DNA of 63,184 nt, filler included, from Asterionella formosa (lineage: Eukaryota): the NCBI GenBank assembly GCA_002256025.1. It is 26 parts of 26 records of this genome, joined end to end, with 100 filler letters (N's around TTAATTAATTAA, not from the genome) between each part and the next. Parts side by side here need not be neighbours in the genome. Positions count along the whole stretch, not along the records: positions 59,750 to 60,828 come from NKIB01004479.1; positions 60,929 to 62,006 come from NKIB01004481.1; positions 62,107 to 63,184 come from NKIB01004482.1; 23 more parts are not named here. One strand, written 5' to 3'. This document shows positions 59,750 through 63,184 of this stretch, piece by piece. Position 1 is the first letter of the stretch. Each line of letters begins with the position of its first letter. The translations under genes and the position numbers were made by a program. The notes under the pieces are model-generated. The model ran no database searches and was not told where the DNA came from. It saw only the letters and a program-made list of their open reading frames with translations.

Positions 59750-60828
59750 GCACACTCTTGAACCTAAAGAAAAAGGATCCAGCCCTGCTATCCATTAACT
59801 TGTTTGAGTATGTGAGCATAATTGTTAATCTAGCAGCGTGCATTGAAGCGATTGGACAAATACACAACAAGAACTCACCACCAGACCCTGTAGTCCAAAT
59901 ATGGACAGACAACACAACGGCATCTGCATGGACCAGAAAAATGTCAAGTGGTAGAGGAACCACAAACGAAAGCAAGTCCTTGGCACGACTATTTTGTTAC
60001 ATCCTCATGCACTGGCAAATTGGTGTATCAAGCTCCTATATCAAGGGAGAGGAAAATGTTTTAGCTGACAAAATCTCACGAACACTTGATCACACCCATT
60101 TTCAACTTGACTCACATTTTCATGTTGCTACCCAATCCCTCAAACAACAGATTCCCGAGATCCAAGGCTTGAGGTGCTTCCGACCGAGTCCCGAGTTACT
60201 CAAGCTGCTGAACTCCGCGCTCTCTACTGGATCTGTAATTATTCCCACAACCAAAATTCGGCTAGGACAGCTCAGTCACATGTAAAACATTACATGAAAT
60301 ATTGCAGACAAAAACAGATTGACCCTTACCTGACAACATACTCCCAACGCCAACGCAACATCCAGATGGCTCTCTATGCCCAACACCTTGCCCTCGGAAA
60401 CACAATCCACGGCACATTGGTGAAACGAGACACAATTGACGGATACACCCGACATGTTGCCCAACATTTAATGAACCATTTCCGACAGTTAATTGTCGAT
60501 GACGCAAAAATTCTCCTCGATCCTCGGATCACCTCTCAACACACAGGACTTTGCTATGAATTGCAAAAAATCCTTGAGGAAATTGCTCGATGGGAAAACC
60601 GGCCTCGAAAAGCAAACCCTTTTACCAAAGAAATGCTTAATTTCCTCTGCAAACAAGCACAAAAAGAATCCAACCCAAACAGCCTCACCGCATCCTTGGC
60701 TGATTGGCTAACCCTGGCCCTGTACACCGGTTTACGCTTGTCTGAATATTGCCAATACTCAACACATACAAACAGGGGCACAATAGCTTACAACATTGAC
60801 AATGAGCCAAAGGCATTCTTAGCACAAG
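59750..60828 (+). mobile_element. Tyrosine-recombinase retrotransposon RNase H-YR segment, copy 3 (RNase H stop at 60285; YR frame open from 60111)
   Basis: Same motifs as copy 2, with both frames intact. Confidence 0.85.
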
Positions 60829-61504
60829 NNNNNNNNNNNNNNNNNNNNNNNNNNNNNNNNNNNNNNNNNNNNTTAATTAATTAANNNNNNNNNNNNNNNN
60901 NNNNNNNNNNNNNNNNNNNNNNNNNNNNCTGCTCATACGGAAATTGGAGTGATGGATTGTTCATGTGATCGCTTCGTTGCACATATCTTCGTTTAGATGC
61001 CTTGCTTACTTGATGCAACAGTTTTGCTAACATTGTTGTAATTATATCTTACAGGAAAGTTGTACAAGAACATTAGAGAATGTGACTTGCTGCCATTTGC
61101 AATGGTAGAGGTTCAAATAAAGCATCATCAATTTCGTTTACTCTCTCATTTCATTTTGAAAAGGCAATGATCTAAACATAGCTACCGGAAGTGAAAATAG
61201 AGGTATTAAACACCACTGTGTGCTCATTCTGATAGAGGATGCACAGTGGAAAGTATGGGTGACCAGAAGTAGAATATTTGAGGATTAAGTAGCAATCCAT
61301 TTAATTCGATTTGTGTTCATCATTGATCGAACATGGTAATAGGTTTGAAAATGAGAGAAATTGCTTAGTTAGATCAGTAGTAATGAACGTTAGATCGAAA
61401 GCTAAAAATTCTATTTGATATTAGCATTCCAAAGGTTAGATCGAATCAATACCTGATTTGATCTCACGATTACTATCTTTAGATCAAACACCAAAACGTT
61501 AGTT

Positions 61505-61640
61505 GATATCAATCAGTTTTTTGTATGATCAATCAGTATTTCTGTATGATCAATCAGTATTTCTGTATGATCTATCAGTATTTCTGTATGATCAATCCGT
61601 ATTTCTGTATGATCAATCAGTTGATTTGTATGATCAATCA
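61505..61640. repeat. 21-bp tandem repeat, about 6 copies
   Basis: TATGATCAATCAGTATTTCTG repeated. Confidence 0.92.
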
Positions 61641-61716
61641 AAAAAAATACGTCATACTGAGAAATTTTGGGGGAGTGGGTCTTACAGCAAAACTGTTAGG
61701 CCTAACGGTTTTTTAA

Positions 61717-62006
61717 TTTACAGACGCCTCCACAATTAGCAATCTACCATTCCAGTCCCCCTCCCCCTCACAACAACATTGTTTATTCCTATCAGCAGCC
61801 ATATTTTCATTCACTGCCGGCGCCACTGCAACAAATGTACTACTCCCATGCTCCTCCTGCTCCTGAAGCATACTACTATCATCTGCCGCCTCCAGCCAGC
61901 AGTCAACCACCAGCACCAGTCTACTACCACCACCAGCCGGCTTCAACTCCAGCACACACCCATCCACCTCAACCTCACCAGCAACATCAATATACTAATA
62001 CCCCCC
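61717..62006 (+). CDS. Possible exon fragment of a Pro/Tyr/His/Gln-rich protein
   Basis: The frame reads TPPQLAIYHSSPPPPH...YYSHAPPAPEAYYYHLPPP and stays open to the contig end. Confidence 0.3.
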
Positions 62007-62689
62007 NNNNNNNNNNNNNNNNNNNNNNNNNNNNNNNNNNNNNNNNNNNNTTAATTAATTAANNNNNNNNNNNNNNNNNNNNNNNNNNNNNNNNNNNNNN
62101 NNNNNNTTGCTGCAGATTTTGCTGATATAATTGCTGAGGCAGAGCAGGACTAGAATCATTGAAGGGATGTTGGTCCTGGCTGAAGTTTGCTGTGGTTGGG
62201 TTGCTCATGGCTCCTGTCTTCGTGTAATTCTGTAAGTTGACATTTGCTCTTTGTGTCCCCTGGACGAACAACCATTCATAGCAGCTGAAAACTGACACCA
62301 ACTATTGTCAAATGACAAGAATACGGGGTTTTGTCCAGCTCTTTTTCCAAGTAAATCTTCACTGGTTTTTTTCACGTAGAGGACTTTTCAAAGAACAATT
62401 CTCTATAGTACCTTCAATGCGAACCCTTGAATAATCAAAAATGTCGTAAAGAAGCGTTCTCTGTTCCTTACGACTCACCTTACTTTTCTGGCAATGTGAC
62501 CTTTCAATATTTATAGCAAGTCCAATACAGTAGGCCTTTCCATTCGCTCCGTCGCCCTTTGTTCATCGGACGGTATATGCGTCAGCAAGCCATTTCCAGA
62601 TTCAGCTACAGTACACAGGAAACGGAAGTACCCTGTTTTGGTAATTTTTGGTACGTTTTCAAGCGATTTTCGTCCTGCGAATCCAGGCA

Positions 62690-63172
62690 TACCTTGTATT
62701 GGGCGTTGCAAAGTTTTCCAATAAATAGGTGTGATGATTTCTTATTCCAATACAAGGTGATTTACAATTCCAGTACGATGTTCACCTTAAATTGGCAAAA
62801 GGTTGGTATGTCAAGTCCAATACAAGGTGAAAACATATCCAGGTATCACTCCAATTCAAGGTATTCCTTTATTTGTCATGAGAATATAGTCCAATACAAG
62901 GAATTCACTGTATTGGGTACTGTTTATTTCCCAATACAAGGTGGCAACATTTTGCAATTCAACGTTGCCCCTGTATTTGGTTTTGACTATACTACGCCAT
63001 GTCCCAATACAAGGTCATGAGTTCCAATACAAGGTGATAAGTTCCAAAACAAGGTGACAATATTTTCCAAATTCAAGGTTGCCCCGCCCTGTATTGGGTT
63101 TTGGCGGTACTACATCTCATCCCAATACAAGGTGACAGCATTTTGCAAGTCAAGGTTGACCCTGTATTGGTC
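62690..63172. repeat. Array of the CCAATACAAGGTG motif in both orientations (subterminal-repeat-like)
   Basis: Direct copies lie near 62747, 62817, 62891, 62931, 63005, 63024, 63044 and 63122. Inverted copies lie near 62692, 62909, 63089 and 63160. Confidence 0.85.
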
Positions 63173-63184
63173 TATAGTGCTGGT

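Noticed and set aside
57392..60828. Inverted YR copies flanking a Copia RT as a composite RT-recombinase system
   Set aside because: These are three separate contigs joined by linkers, so order and orientation are arbitrary.

Overview
This is eukaryotic nuclear DNA from a diatom, judged from Psb31, ASAFAP-type plastid presequences, short GT-AG introns and CoDi-like Copia elements. It is not one contiguous locus. It is 26 assembly fragments joined by an artificial N44-TTAATTAATTAA-N44 linker: 24 fragments of about 1,078-1,082 bp and two scaffolds of about 17.4 kb (14179-31556 and 37557-54931). Adjacency across linkers carries no biological meaning. Scaffold 1 holds a gene island: an HPD-less J-like protein, an Atg22/UMF1-type MFS transporter, an uncharacterised Lys/Ala/Pro-rich plastid-targeted membrane protein head-to-head with psb31, a SnoaL-like cyclase and NPRL3. 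A dispersed repeat and a decayed Ty1/copia follow. Scaffold 2 holds a Harbinger-like TIR element, a decayed APE-type LINE next to a TA-flanked TIR element, an F-box-like/Tubby gene and a Cys/His-repeat protein. The short fragments are mostly transposon pieces, including three near-identical copies of a tyrosine-recombinase (DIRS/Ngaro-like) retrotransposon with overlapping RNase H and YR frames. Others carry a Crinkler-type Ubl header fused to a host-like gene piece, and a putative Tat-targeted lumen protein. No rRNA, tRNA or CRISPR array could be supported. All family calls come from motif recognition, not database searches.
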